A program made the translations under genes and the position numbers. A model generated the notes under the pieces. It did not search any database and had not been told where the DNA came from. It saw only the letters and a list, made by a program, of their open reading frames with translations. Source: Patescibacteria group bacterium (lineage in GTDB: Bacteria > Patescibacteriota > Microgenomatia > JAMCZE01). From it: a stretch of DNA of 64,000 nucleotides. Below are positions 17,333-26,812 of this stretch, piece by piece; the first letter of the stretch is position 1; each line of letters begins with the position of its first letter. Location of the stretch: positions 156,046 through 220,045 of the forward strand of contig JAMCZE010000010.1 of NCBI GenBank assembly GCA_023485845.1, in the 5' to 3' direction.

Positions 17333-17877
17333 GTGACACTCCTCGCAGCAAGCTGCGAGGCATCTGCATTGCTAAAATAGCCTGAGTTGGTCTTTTGATA
17401 TTTGGACATAGTCTTTTGGTCTTCCTTGGTTTCTGATGTACTTTTGGATGACTGTCTCAGAATTGCTTCGTCCTACTGAATTTACGAAATACCCGTCAGT
17501 CCAAAACTGGGCTCCCCAAAGGCTTTCCCTCAACCCGGCAACTCGTTTGAGAAGTTCCCGGGCCAGGATACTTTTGACCGTTCTGGCAATTTTGGTAGGA
17601 GAATATGTAGGCACTGACTGGATCAAAAAATGGACATGATCACCGTCGGCCCCAATCTCCACAAAATGCATCTCGTACCTTTGGGAAATTTCCTGACAGA
17701 TCTGTTTTAGTTGGGCATCCACCTCTGTCGAGATCACGAGTTGCCTTCCCTTGGCCACACAAACCAGATGGTACAAAAGCACCGAGACATTGTGCGCTTT
17801 GTGTATGTAGATACTCACGCATACAATTTTACCCTCTCGCGGCAAAGCCGCGGGGAATGAACCCTAAAAGAGATTCA
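17333..17877 (-). mobile_element. IS200/IS605-family insertion sequence, copy 2
   Basis: Identical to the 545-bp copy 1. Confidence 0.85.
17372..17845 (-). CDS. tnpA: IS200-like Y1 transposase TnpA (copy 2)
   Basis: Identical to 1594-2067. Confidence 0.9.
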   Translation of the reverse strand: MPREGKIVCVSIYIHKAHNVSVLLYHLVCVAKGRQLVISTEVDAQLKQICQEISQRYEMHFVEIGADGDHVHFLIQSVPTYSPTKIARTVKSILARELLKRVAGLRESLWGAQFWTDGYFVNSVGRSNSETVIQKYIRNQGRPKDYVQISKDQLRLF

Positions 17878-17899
17878 CAATCTTAAAATAGCTTTTAAT

Positions 17900-18355
17900 T
17901 CAGATAACCAGTTTTGCAAAAAGACTTTTGGAGGGAGGCGTGAGTTTAACCTTTGCTAATTCTTCAAGAGTAAACCATTTGTATTCTGACAATTCATCAT
18001 CAAGCTGAACTTTTACCTCACTGCTATTTCTATCATTGATGTCAATTCGATAGACGTTGAAATGCATTTCAACAAGAACCCTCTCATTTGTGTCCTTTAA
18101 GGTTTTTTCTGATGTTCCCGTTCCCTCATCATTAACAAGTTCAGTTGCGTACCCTTCAACCTCTAACCCTATTTCTTCTTTCAGTTCTCTTCTTAATGCC
18201 TGAGTCTTGTTTTCGCCTTGATCCACACCTCCTCCTGGAATATGCCAGCAATCAATATAAACTCCACCGCCAGTTGGATTCTTTTTTACCATCAATAATC
18301 TTTTATCTTTTGAAAAAAGTAAGCCCGATACAATTTCTCTCTTGATCGTTCTCAT
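17900..18355 (-). CDS. NUDIX hydrolase
   Basis: Nudix box GGGVDQGENKTQALRRELKEEIGL. 151 aa. Lies between IS200 copies 2 and 3. Confidence 0.85.
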   Translation of the reverse strand: MRTIKREIVSGLLFSKDKRLLMVKKNPTGGGVYIDCWHIPGGGVDQGENKTQALRRELKEEIGLEVEGYATELVNDEGTGTSEKTLKDTNERVLVEMHFNVYRIDINDRNSSEVKVQLDDELSEYKWFTLEELAKVKLTPPSKSLFAKLVI

Positions 18356-18380
18356 ATTATTTCTTTACGTTGTAATGTAA

Positions 18381-18925
18381 GTGACACTCCTCGCAGCAAG
18401 CTGCGAGGCATCTGCATTGCTAAAATAGCCTGAGTTGGTCTTTTGATATTTGGACATAGTCTTTTGGTCTTCCTTGGTTTCTGATGTACTTTTGGATGAC
18501 TGTCTCAGAATTGCTTCGTCCTACTGAATTTACGAAATACCCGTCAGTCCAAAACTGGGCTCCCCAAAGGCTTTCCCTCAACCCGGCAACTCGTTTGAGA
18601 AGTTCCCGGGCCAGGATACTTTTGACCGTTCTGGCAATTTTGGTAGGAGAATATGTAGGCACTGACTGGATCAAAAAATGGACATGATCACCGTCGGCCC
18701 CAATCTCCACAAAATGCATCTCGTACCTTTGGGAAATTTCCTGACAGATCTGTTTTAGTTGGGCATCCACCTCTGTCGAGATCACGAGTTGCCTTCCCTT
18801 GGCCACACAAACCAGATGGTACAAAAGCACCGAGACATTGTGCGCTTTGTGTATGTAGATACTCACGCATACAATTTTACCCTCTCGCGGCAAAGCCGCG
18901 GGGAATGAACCCTAAAAGAGATTCA
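18381..18925 (-). mobile_element. IS200/IS605-family insertion sequence, copy 3
   Basis: Identical to the 545-bp copy 1. Confidence 0.85.
18420..18893 (-). CDS. tnpA: IS200-like Y1 transposase TnpA (copy 3)
   Basis: Identical to 1594-2067. Confidence 0.9.
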   Translation of the reverse strand: MPREGKIVCVSIYIHKAHNVSVLLYHLVCVAKGRQLVISTEVDAQLKQICQEISQRYEMHFVEIGADGDHVHFLIQSVPTYSPTKIARTVKSILARELLKRVAGLRESLWGAQFWTDGYFVNSVGRSNSETVIQKYIRNQGRPKDYVQISKDQLRLF

Positions 18926-18958
18926 GGAATGGGAAGCACAAGGAGGATTTAATAAGAA

Positions 18959-19174
18959 ATGAAGCTCGGAAAATACCAACATTCCAAAACTGGAAACTTC
19001 TACAGAGTTATTGGTATTGCAAAACACTCTGAAACACTTGAGGATTTGGTCGTTTATGAATGTTTATACGATAACCCTAAAAGCAAGCTATGGGTACGCC
19101 CTAAGAAAATGTTTTTAGAAAAAGTTGAGATCAACGGAAAGAAAGTACCTCGCTTTAAGTTTATTGAAGAATAA
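18959..19174 (+). CDS. DUF1653-family protein
   Basis: YRVIGIAKHSETLEDLVVYECLY...LWVRPKKMFLEKV...VPRFKFI matches the DUF1653 pattern. Confidence 0.7.
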   Translation: MKLGKYQHSKTGNFYRVIGIAKHSETLEDLVVYECLYDNPKSKLWVRPKKMFLEKVEINGKKVPRFKFIEE

Positions 19175-19295
19175 TAGCTGGTTGAGGATTTAAGAACTGT
19201 CTGATCTTTCCAACGTCAAAAGAGCTTATTTCATGCCAAACTTGTCGAAGTTCGGACACGAAGGCCTGCCCTTGAAATTCTGCTAAAATACACAC

Positions 19296-19637
19296 ATGCA
19301 AATTGCCACCGGAACTGTCCACACGGTGCCCCCGGACTTGAAAAAAGCCCTGGCGGCTGACCCCGGCGCGCTGGAAAAATGGAACAGTCTGACGCCGCTG
19401 GCCCGAAACGAATGGATTTGCTGGACAACTTTTGTTAAAAAAGCGCAGACCAGGGAAGAGCACGTTGACCGGGTGTGCTCCGAACTTAAAGACGGCATGC
19501 GCCGGCCGTGTTGCTGGCTAGGCTGCATTCACCGCCCCGACAAACCCCTAAGTCCGTCAGTGAAATATGTGCTTAGCCGAAAAAATATGGTAAAATGGAG
19601 GCATGGTGAATTGGTCCACGGACGAAAAAAAGTTTAA
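19296..19637 (+). CDS. YdeI/OmpD-associated family protein
   Basis: Pattern LKKALAADPGALEKWNSLTPLARNEWICW...AQTREEHVDRV is typical of that family. Confidence 0.6.
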   Translation: MQIATGTVHTVPPDLKKALAADPGALEKWNSLTPLARNEWICWTTFVKKAQTREEHVDRVCSELKDGMRRPCCWLGCIHRPDKPLSPSVKYVLSRKNMVKWRHGELVHGRKKV

Positions 19638-19854
19638 GCGGAACTATCCCAGGGAATATAAACTTTGGCACTTAATCCAACTTATTAATTATGGACTTGA
19701 AGGGGAGAAGCTTGACGAGAAAGAGGTTAGGAAAGCCTGGCCAAGAATAAGGGACCAGTTAGACCCCCATAAGGCAACTTATCTTGAATTCTTATTATGG
19801 GATCACAAACCATCCTCAATCCAATTCAACGAGAATTTCTGGGCCTTATCATAA
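19603..19854 (+). CDS. hypothetical 83-aa protein overlapping the start of the next gene
   Basis: ORF only. 58-bp overlap with the NTase gene in another frame. Confidence 0.3.
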   Translation: MVNWSTDEKKFKRNYPREYKLWHLIQLINYGLEGEKLDEKEVRKAWPRIRDQLDPHKATYLEFLLWDHKPSSIQFNENFWALS

Positions 19855-20462
19855 AGGAACCATATATTCTCAAACATTATTACTGGACCGGTGGGACCGC
19901 ACTGGCTGAATTCTATCTTCGCCATCGGGAATCGGAAGATATTGATCTGTTTTCGGAAAACGAAGTTAATGTCGGGGCGATCTCAAATTTCGTTGGAGCG
20001 ATGGCCAAAAAAATTGAAGCGACCGATATAACCAGCCAGCGTTTCCTTGGGCTCTACAGTTTCACTTTCCACCTGCCGAAAACATCACTAAAAGTTGATT
20101 TTAACTACTATCCTTTCCTTCGAATTGATCAAAAGAAAAAATGGCAAGGATTAGCCGTTGACAGTCTCGAGGACATCGCCGTCAATAAAGTGCACACGAT
20201 GTTTATGAAGCCGCGGGCGAGGGATTTTGTTGATCTTTACTTTATTCTCAAAAAAGAATACGAGTTTTCTTTGGAAAGATTAATCAATCTAGCCGATGCC
20301 AAGTTTGATTGGCACATCGAACCGGTGCAGCTCGGAGAAAACTTTGCCAAAGTGGTTGCAATTAAAGATTTCCCAAAAATGCTCGTTCCTTTTGACAAAA
20401 AAGCCATGGAAAAATTTTTTCTGAATTTAGCAAAATCACTAAAACCGCAGATTTTCCAATAA
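19797..20462 (+). CDS. AbiEii/DUF1814-like nucleotidyltransferase
   Basis: The GGTAL...SEDIDLF motif (GSx10DxD NTase signature) lies near the N-terminus. About 220 aa. Confidence 0.5.
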   Translation: MGSQTILNPIQREFLGLIIKEPYILKHYYWTGGTALAEFYLRHRESEDIDLFSENEVNVGAISNFVGAMAKKIEATDITSQRFLGLYSFTFHLPKTSLKVDFNYYPFLRIDQKKKWQGLAVDSLEDIAVNKVHTMFMKPRARDFVDLYFILKKEYEFSLERLINLADAKFDWHIEPVQLGENFAKVVAIKDFPKMLVPFDKKAMEKFFLNLAKSLKPQIFQ

Positions 20463-21247
20463 TGATCACCAGCATTCATAATCCACTAATTAAAGAGGTT
20501 CGGGGCTTGCAACAGATGAGAAAACGCAAGCAGGCGGGGCTGACGGTGCTGGAGGGTTTCCGGACACTGCGCCACGCGGCGCAAAATGGTTGGAAAATTC
20601 GCACTGTTCTCTTTGTTCCCGAAAAAATTAACGCCGATGACAAAAAGTTATTGGACCAATGCCGGGCGGCCGGAGCCAGGCTGGAAGAAATCACCGAGCC
20701 GATTCTGGAGAAACTTTCCCGCCGGGAAGGGCCGTTGGGGGCCATTGCCGTGATTTTTTGGCAGGAAAAATATACTTTGGAGACTTTGCCGCTGCCAAAA
20801 AATCCTTTAATTCTGGTGGCCGAGGCGATCGAGAAGCCGGGCAACTTGGGAGTGTTAATCCGCTCCGCCTCCGCTGCCGGAGCCGACGGCGTGATTTTGT
20901 GCGACGCGCTCACCGCTTTCCATGACCCTTCCTGTGTCCACTCGTCCTTAGGTTCCGTGTTCACTCTCCCCTGCGTGACTACCACCACCCGGGAGTGTCT
21001 GGCCTGGCTAAAGGCGAAAAACATCACCTCGGTGGTCACCACCCCGGCGGGAAAAATCGCTTATACCCGGCAGGATTTCACCCGCCCCACCGCCATCATC
21101 ATGGGCAACGAACACGCCGGGGCCAGTCAGGCTTTCCTGGACCAGGGCGTCACCGTCCAAATCCCGATGCATGGGCCGATGGACAGCCTTAACGTTTCCG
21201 TCGCCGGCGCTCTGTTTCTCTTTGAAGCCATCCGCCAACGCTCCTAG
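20462..21247 (+). CDS. TrmH/SpoU-family RNA 2'-O-methyltransferase (SPOUT)
   Basis: SPOUT motifs EKPGNLGVLIRSASAAG, IIMGNEHAG and SLNVSVAGALFLFE. Confidence 0.85.
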   Translation: MITSIHNPLIKEVRGLQQMRKRKQAGLTVLEGFRTLRHAAQNGWKIRTVLFVPEKINADDKKLLDQCRAAGARLEEITEPILEKLSRREGPLGAIAVIFWQEKYTLETLPLPKNPLILVAEAIEKPGNLGVLIRSASAAGADGVILCDALTAFHDPSCVHSSLGSVFTLPCVTTTTRECLAWLKAKNITSVVTTPAGKIAYTRQDFTRPTAIIMGNEHAGASQAFLDQGVTVQIPMHGPMDSLNVSVAGALFLFEAIRQRS

Positions 21248-21432
21248 TTTTTCAGTCTTTACTCAGACGGGGGAAATAAGCTAAGATCACGTTACAATAA
21301 ATATATGTATCTTGATCCGGGAACCGGGAGTTATTTGTTCCAAATGTTAATCGCCGGCCTTTTGGCCGGGGGATTTGTTTTCAAAGACCGCCTGGCCAAA
21401 GCCGCCGGTTGGTTTAAGGACAAACTTAAAAA

Positions 21433-22749
21433 ATGACCATTCTCCCCTCCTCGTTTAAGGACCCCGCCGGCTTCATGTTTAAACAAAACGGCCAGTTGTT
21501 TCGCCAAATAAATCCCGCCGGCGCCGCCGATTTCGCCCAATTTTGCCAATCCGGCTTGTGCGACGAGCTAGTGGCGCAAAAAATGCTCATCCCCCATCAG
21601 CAAATCAGACCCGGGGTCATTAAGCCGCAGTTGGTGCCGTTTATTTCCTATGCCTATGAATGGTGTTTTGACCAGCTTAAAGACGCGGCCCTTCTCACCC
21701 TGGCCATCGAGAAAATTGCCCTGAAGCATGACATGACCCTTAAGGACGCCGCCAGTTTTAATATCCAATTTCTTTGTGGAGCGCCGGTTTTAATCGACAC
21801 GTTATCCTTCACTAAATATGTTCCCGGCCAACCATGGATCCCCTATAAACAGTTTTGTGAACAATTTTTGGCCCCGTTAGCGCTGATGGCGGCTAGGGAT
21901 ATCCGCTTAGGCCGGCTGCTGCGCTCCTTTGTCGGCGGCCTGCCACTAGACTTGGTGGCTAGTCTCCTGCCGGTCAAAAGCAAACTCCAGCCGGGAATTT
22001 TAATGCATTTGGTTCTTCACGCCCGCAGCCAGGGGCAAGCGCGTCGGGCCAAAATCAGCCGGCCGGCCAACTTTAGCCGGCAGTCTTTGCTGGGATTGAT
22101 TGACAGCTTGGAAAGCACCATTGAATCCCTAAAATGGGATCCGCCAGCCGGCGGATCCTGGGCCGACTATCAGATCTCGGCCGGCAAGGAAAAAATTGTC
22201 GCCGGCATGCTTAAAATCGCCAAACCAAAAGCCCTGTGGGACATCGGCGCCAACACCGGCACTTTCTCCCGCCTGGCCGCCGGCCAAAAAATTAACGTGC
22301 TGGCCATCGACAGCGATCCAGCCGTGGTGGAAACCAACTATCAACAGATAAAAAAGGATAAGGAAACCAGGATTTTACCGTTGTGGCTGGACATTGCCAA
22401 TCCCAGCCCGGCGCTGGGCTGGGCCAATCAGGAACGCGATGACCTTTTTTCCCGGTCCCGCCCGGACGCGGTTTTATCCTTAGCCCTAATCCACCATTTA
22501 GCCATCAGCCAAAACTTGCCCCTGCCCCGGCTGGCCAAGTTTTTTGCCGCCCTTTCCCCTAATTTAATCATCGAATTTGTTCCCAAGGATGACCCCAGAG
22601 TTCGGGAGCTGCTGGCTTTGCGCCAAGACATTTTTCCAAACTATAATCAGGTATCTTTTGAAAAAGGGTTTGCCCGTTATTTTAAAATAATCCGCCGGAC
22701 GAGCCTGCCAAAATCCGGCCGCCAGGTATACTTAATGAAACACCGATGA
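21433..22749 (+). CDS. class I SAM-dependent methyltransferase with an N-terminal domain of unknown function
   Basis: Motif I LWDIGANTGTFSRLAA in the C-terminal half. 438 aa. Confidence 0.6.
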   Translation: MTILPSSFKDPAGFMFKQNGQLFRQINPAGAADFAQFCQSGLCDELVAQKMLIPHQQIRPGVIKPQLVPFISYAYEWCFDQLKDAALLTLAIEKIALKHDMTLKDAASFNIQFLCGAPVLIDTLSFTKYVPGQPWIPYKQFCEQFLAPLALMAARDIRLGRLLRSFVGGLPLDLVASLLPVKSKLQPGILMHLVLHARSQGQARRAKISRPANFSRQSLLGLIDSLESTIESLKWDPPAGGSWADYQISAGKEKIVAGMLKIAKPKALWDIGANTGTFSRLAAGQKINVLAIDSDPAVVETNYQQIKKDKETRILPLWLDIANPSPALGWANQERDDLFSRSRPDAVLSLALIHHLAISQNLPLPRLAKFFAALSPNLIIEFVPKDDPRVRELLALRQDIFPNYNQVSFEKGFARYFKIIRRTSLPKSGRQVYLMKHR

Positions 22750-24227
22750 CTAAACTTTTTCTCACCCCGATTTTGTTAACCGTGGCCTACATCGGCATGG
22801 TTTTTTTGACCAACATTAATCTTTTGTCGCTAAGCGAAATCATCCCCCCGCTGCTGACTTTTGGCCTTGGCGCCGTTATTGTTTGCGCCCTGTTTCTGCT
22901 TTTTTCCAAAAACAAAACCAAGGCGGCTGTCGCCTGCTCCCTCTGTGCGGTGGCCTTTTTTTCCTATGGCCTGGTTCATGAGTGGTCCGGTGCCGCGCTC
23001 CTGGTGGTTCTAGTTTTAATCTGGCGGACCAAACGGGACCTGGCCCCGGTCGCTCGGGTCTTGTTTGCCGCCGCGGTGATTATCACCCTGATCAGCTTCC
23101 TGCGCATTGCCGTTTTTCAAATCCAGCGGACGACCAAAACTAATAATCCCAGCCCGCTTGTGTTGCCGGCCGTGGCCACCCCCGCAAAATTGCCCGACAT
23201 CTATTATATTGTCCCCGAAGATTATTCTTCAGCGGCCGTGATGGCCAAATATTTTTCCACCGACATCTCCGATTTTCTCGGCTTTCTCACCGATAACGGC
23301 TTTTTTGTCGCTTCCCAAAGCGCTTCCAATTATCCCAAATCGTTTCTTTCCATCGCCTCAACACTGAATATGGAATATCTCGATTATCTGTCCAAATACA
23401 AAAATTCTTCCGATCAAACCATCGCCACTCCACTGATTGAGGACAACAACGTGATGCGTTTTTTGCGCGGCCAGGGCTATAAATATTACCAGATGGGCTC
23501 CTGGTGGGACCCGACCAAGGTCAACCCCTTTGCCGATGACAATTTTGTTTTGGAGGACGCCAACAACGCCGGGGTGGACGAGTTAACCTACACCGCCCTG
23601 GAGGGAACAATGGTCCGGCCGATTCTGAATCGGATTTTCCCCCAGGCGCTGATCACCGACTCCAACAAGGATAAGCGCCGGAGGATTCTCTACCAATTTG
23701 ACAAACTGCCTGACGTTATTGATTTGCCCGGACCGAAATTTGTTTTCCTCCATGTCATCGCCCCACACGGGCCCTATGTTTTCGACCAGGACTGCAAGTT
23801 CATCGGTGCCGCGATCGTCAACGCCCAGCCGGAGACCAAAAGCTATGGCGACCAGGCCCACTGCATTAACTTAAAACTGGAAAACGCCATTAACCAAATT
23901 ATTTCCGGCTCGGCCACCCCGCCGGTGATTTTGCTGCAAACCGATGAAGGAGCGCCGTTTCTGGGAGGGATGGTGTCGCCGGCGGACAATTGGAAAACCG
24001 CCAGCCCGGATCTGTTGAAAGAGAAGTTCCCCATTATCGCCGCCTACTATCTGCCGGGAATAAAAGCCACCGGCCTCTATCCCGCCATCACCCCGGTCAA
24101 TTCTTTCCGCTTAATTTTGAATGATTATTTCCACACTAACTTTCCCCTTTTGCCGGACGAGAACTTCATCTTTGCCGACGCCAACCACCTTTATGAGTTC
24201 ACCGACGTGACCGCCATTGCCCACTAG
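22746..24227 (+). CDS. membrane-anchored alkaline-phosphatase-superfamily protein (sulfatase/LtaS-like)
   Basis: N-terminal TM helices, then an extracytoplasmic domain with the HVIAPHGPY motif. Confidence 0.5.
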   Translation: MTKLFLTPILLTVAYIGMVFLTNINLLSLSEIIPPLLTFGLGAVIVCALFLLFSKNKTKAAVACSLCAVAFFSYGLVHEWSGAALLVVLVLIWRTKRDLAPVARVLFAAAVIITLISFLRIAVFQIQRTTKTNNPSPLVLPAVATPAKLPDIYYIVPEDYSSAAVMAKYFSTDISDFLGFLTDNGFFVASQSASNYPKSFLSIASTLNMEYLDYLSKYKNSSDQTIATPLIEDNNVMRFLRGQGYKYYQMGSWWDPTKVNPFADDNFVLEDANNAGVDELTYTALEGTMVRPILNRIFPQALITDSNKDKRRRILYQFDKLPDVIDLPGPKFVFLHVIAPHGPYVFDQDCKFIGAAIVNAQPETKSYGDQAHCINLKLENAINQIISGSATPPVILLQTDEGAPFLGGMVSPADNWKTASPDLLKEKFPIIAAYYLPGIKATGLYPAITPVNSFRLILNDYFHTNFPLLPDENFIFADANHLYEFTDVTAIAH

Positions 24228-26524
24228 CTCCGATAGGCCGCTTTTGCCAACTCAGTGATTTGCATCCATAAAAGTGACCAGAGCCAGACGAAAAGAATTA
24301 AGGACAAAGGCAGGGCCGCCGGCATAAACAAGCCAAAGAAAACGGCAATTGAGGCCGCCAGCTGGGTGATGGTCGTGGCGGCAATCACCGGCCGGCTGGG
24401 CAGCCAGCGCCACCAGCGTTCTTTCGTGTGGGCCACATAGATGAGCAAATGGCCGGAAACGGTTAATTTAAGAAAATAAGCCGTTTGAATAATCGGCCAG
24501 GCCAGGTGCCAACCAGAATACATTAAAGTGAACAGCAATAAACTGTTAGCCACTCCCGCCAGCCCAAAAAGAGAACTCAAAACAAAACGACTCCGGACGT
24601 TAATTTTGGCCGGACTAAGGGTGTTGGCCACCCGGTCGGTGGCCAGAGAAATAATGGGGATGTCATTAAGCAAGGCGATCAGAATAATCTGCAGGGGGGT
24701 TAAAGGATAGGTCCGAAAGATCAATCCCAAAATGACAATGGTGACAATGAGCCGGAAACTTTCCGAGAGCCGGTAGAGGGAATAGGTGTAGAGCCGGGAG
24801 AAAATCTTGCGGCCCTCAATGATCGCGTCTTTAATGACGGCAATGCCGTTGGCGAGAAGCACGATGTCGGCCGTGGCTTTCAGGGCGGAGACGGCGTTAG
24901 CCACGGCAATCCCCACGTTGGCCTCCTTCACCGCCGGCAGATCATTAATACCATCGCCGTTAGTAGCCACGGTGAAAAACTTCTTGGCCCGGCGCACCAG
25001 CGCCAACTTATCTTCCGGATAGATCTCGGCAAAGGCCTGGGTCTGGCGAAAAAAATTAATGTCCAGGTTATCCCAATCTAATTTTTCCAACTGGTCCTTG
25101 GTGACAATCTGGCTGCCGGGAATGGCCAACTGCCGGCCGATGTCAGCGGCAATAGTCCGGTTGTCCCCGGTGACCATCGCCACTTCAATTTGGTTGGCCG
25201 CCAGAAAAGCCATCACCTCCGCCGCTTCCGGCCGGACCTCGTCGGACAGCCCCAGCAGCCCAACTAATTTAAACTTGCCGTCAACCTTTTGCGCCACGGC
25301 AATCGTTCGCGCCCCGGCCAGCGGATTTATCTTGGCATCACAAAGGGCGGCAATCACCTGCGGTGCCCCGGCCGTCACCTCATAGGTTTTGCCCGCCAAT
25401 TTCACCGTGGCCGCCGTTCGCTTATTCACCGAATCGCCGGGAGTGAAAGCTAGCACTTGGGGATTTTCGACTTTAATTTCCGCTGCTTGAAATTTCTGGC
25501 CAATGGCCAGACTAATTAAACTTCGCTCATCCTTAAACGAGGCCAAATAGGCCGCCAGCATTAAGTCCCGATCGGAAAACTCGCCCGCCGGCGCCATTTG
25601 AGAAACGACAATCTGGTTTTTAGTCAGCGTTCCCGTTTTGTCGGTTAAAAGCAAATCCACTTTGGCCAAATCCTCCAGGGCGGACAGCCGCCGGACCACC
25701 GCCTGTTTTTTGGAAAGCTCCAGCACCCCGAGGGCAATAATGAGCGTCATCACCGTGGGTAAACTCACCGGAATGCCGGCAATAATTAAACTCAGGCCCA
25801 AGGTTAGCAGTTCCGGCAGCGGCACTTTTTCCCAAAAGAAAACGGTCGTAATAATCACCGTCCCCGCCAGGCTTAAGACAGAAAGAAATTTGGAAATGCG
25901 AATGATGTCCTCTTCCAAAAAGCTTTTTTTTGCTGTGGTTTCCACCGCGCTGACCGTTTTGCCAAACTTGGTGTTCGGGCCAATTGCCGTGACCGCCATC
26001 ACCGCAATCCCGGTGGTGATAAACGAGCCGGAAAATAGCCAATCACCGACCTTTTTCTCTTTGGGCAGCGACTCACCGGTGAGGGCCGCTTCACTGACAG
26101 ACACGTTGCTGTCCTGGGTCAAATGGCCGTCGGCGGGAACCACTTCCCCAGCCGCCAGTTGGACCACATCCCCCGCCACCAGTTCCCGAGTGGGCAAATC
26201 CTGCCAGTTCCCGTCCCGGCGCACTTTCACCAAGCTCTTAAGTTGGTCATTTAGTTTGGCAATCGCGTCGTCGGCTTTGGCCTCCTGCCAAACGGACACG
26301 CCGACGTTAATTAGAAGCAAAACTAAAATAAACGCCCCGTCGAAGGTTTTTTGGTCAAAAAAGGACAGGCCGGCGGCGGCCAAAAGCATCAGGGAAATCG
26401 GCGAGAAAAACAGCCGCACCAGATTGCCCGCCGCGGACTGTTTCTTTTCCGCCAGCTCATTAAACCCAAATTTTTTCTGGAGCTCCTGCGCCTCTTTGGT
26501 CGTCAGCCCACCCAAATTTTCCAT
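24224..26524 (-). CDS. cation-transporting P-type ATPase
   Basis: Motifs DKTGTLT, TGDN and GDGINDLPA. The N-terminal GGLTTKEAQELQKKFGFNEL resembles the P-type IIIA/IIA N-terminus. 766 aa. Confidence 0.9.
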   Translation of the reverse strand: MENLGGLTTKEAQELQKKFGFNELAEKKQSAAGNLVRLFFSPISLMLLAAAGLSFFDQKTFDGAFILVLLLINVGVSVWQEAKADDAIAKLNDQLKSLVKVRRDGNWQDLPTRELVAGDVVQLAAGEVVPADGHLTQDSNVSVSEAALTGESLPKEKKVGDWLFSGSFITTGIAVMAVTAIGPNTKFGKTVSAVETTAKKSFLEEDIIRISKFLSVLSLAGTVIITTVFFWEKVPLPELLTLGLSLIIAGIPVSLPTVMTLIIALGVLELSKKQAVVRRLSALEDLAKVDLLLTDKTGTLTKNQIVVSQMAPAGEFSDRDLMLAAYLASFKDERSLISLAIGQKFQAAEIKVENPQVLAFTPGDSVNKRTAATVKLAGKTYEVTAGAPQVIAALCDAKINPLAGARTIAVAQKVDGKFKLVGLLGLSDEVRPEAAEVMAFLAANQIEVAMVTGDNRTIAADIGRQLAIPGSQIVTKDQLEKLDWDNLDINFFRQTQAFAEIYPEDKLALVRRAKKFFTVATNGDGINDLPAVKEANVGIAVANAVSALKATADIVLLANGIAVIKDAIIEGRKIFSRLYTYSLYRLSESFRLIVTIVILGLIFRTYPLTPLQIILIALLNDIPIISLATDRVANTLSPAKINVRSRFVLSSLFGLAGVANSLLLFTLMYSGWHLAWPIIQTAYFLKLTVSGHLLIYVAHTKERWWRWLPSRPVIAATTITQLAASIAVFFGLFMPAALPLSLILFVWLWSLLWMQITELAKAAYRS

Positions 26525-26560
26525 GTAACCATCTTAGTCGCACCTTGCCAGTCAAGCAAA

Positions 26561-26812
26561 TCAGGCGCTGGCGAAGCGGGTTTCGAGGTGTTCCACCCGC
26601 CCTTTGAGGTCATCAAACTCTTTGATTGTCGGGGTGTCATCTTCCAGTTCGGCAATTTGTTCGCCAAGTTTATCAAGCCGCTCCGTGACTGTCTTAAAAC
26701 CGCTCACTGTCTCTGTCTTGAGCGCTACGATCTGATCCAGAATTGCCTGCAATAGTTTATTGTCCGCCATAATTCTATTTTTCCCCATTGATGAATCAAA
26801 TGCAAGGGCCAA
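26561..26812 (-). CDS. small coiled-coil protein between the two P-type ATPases
   Basis: ORF; heptad-like sequence. The start is probably an internal Met (MADNKLL). Confidence 0.35.
   Translation of the reverse strand: MALAFDSSMGKNRIMADNKLLQAILDQIVALKTETVSGFKTVTERLDKLGEQIAELEDDTPTIKEFDDLKGRVEHLETRFASA

Noticed and set aside
19161-19528. Minus-strand ORFs overlapping the YdeI-family gene
   Set aside because: Arg/Gly/Ser-rich antisense translations. The plus-strand YdeI frame has the family pattern.
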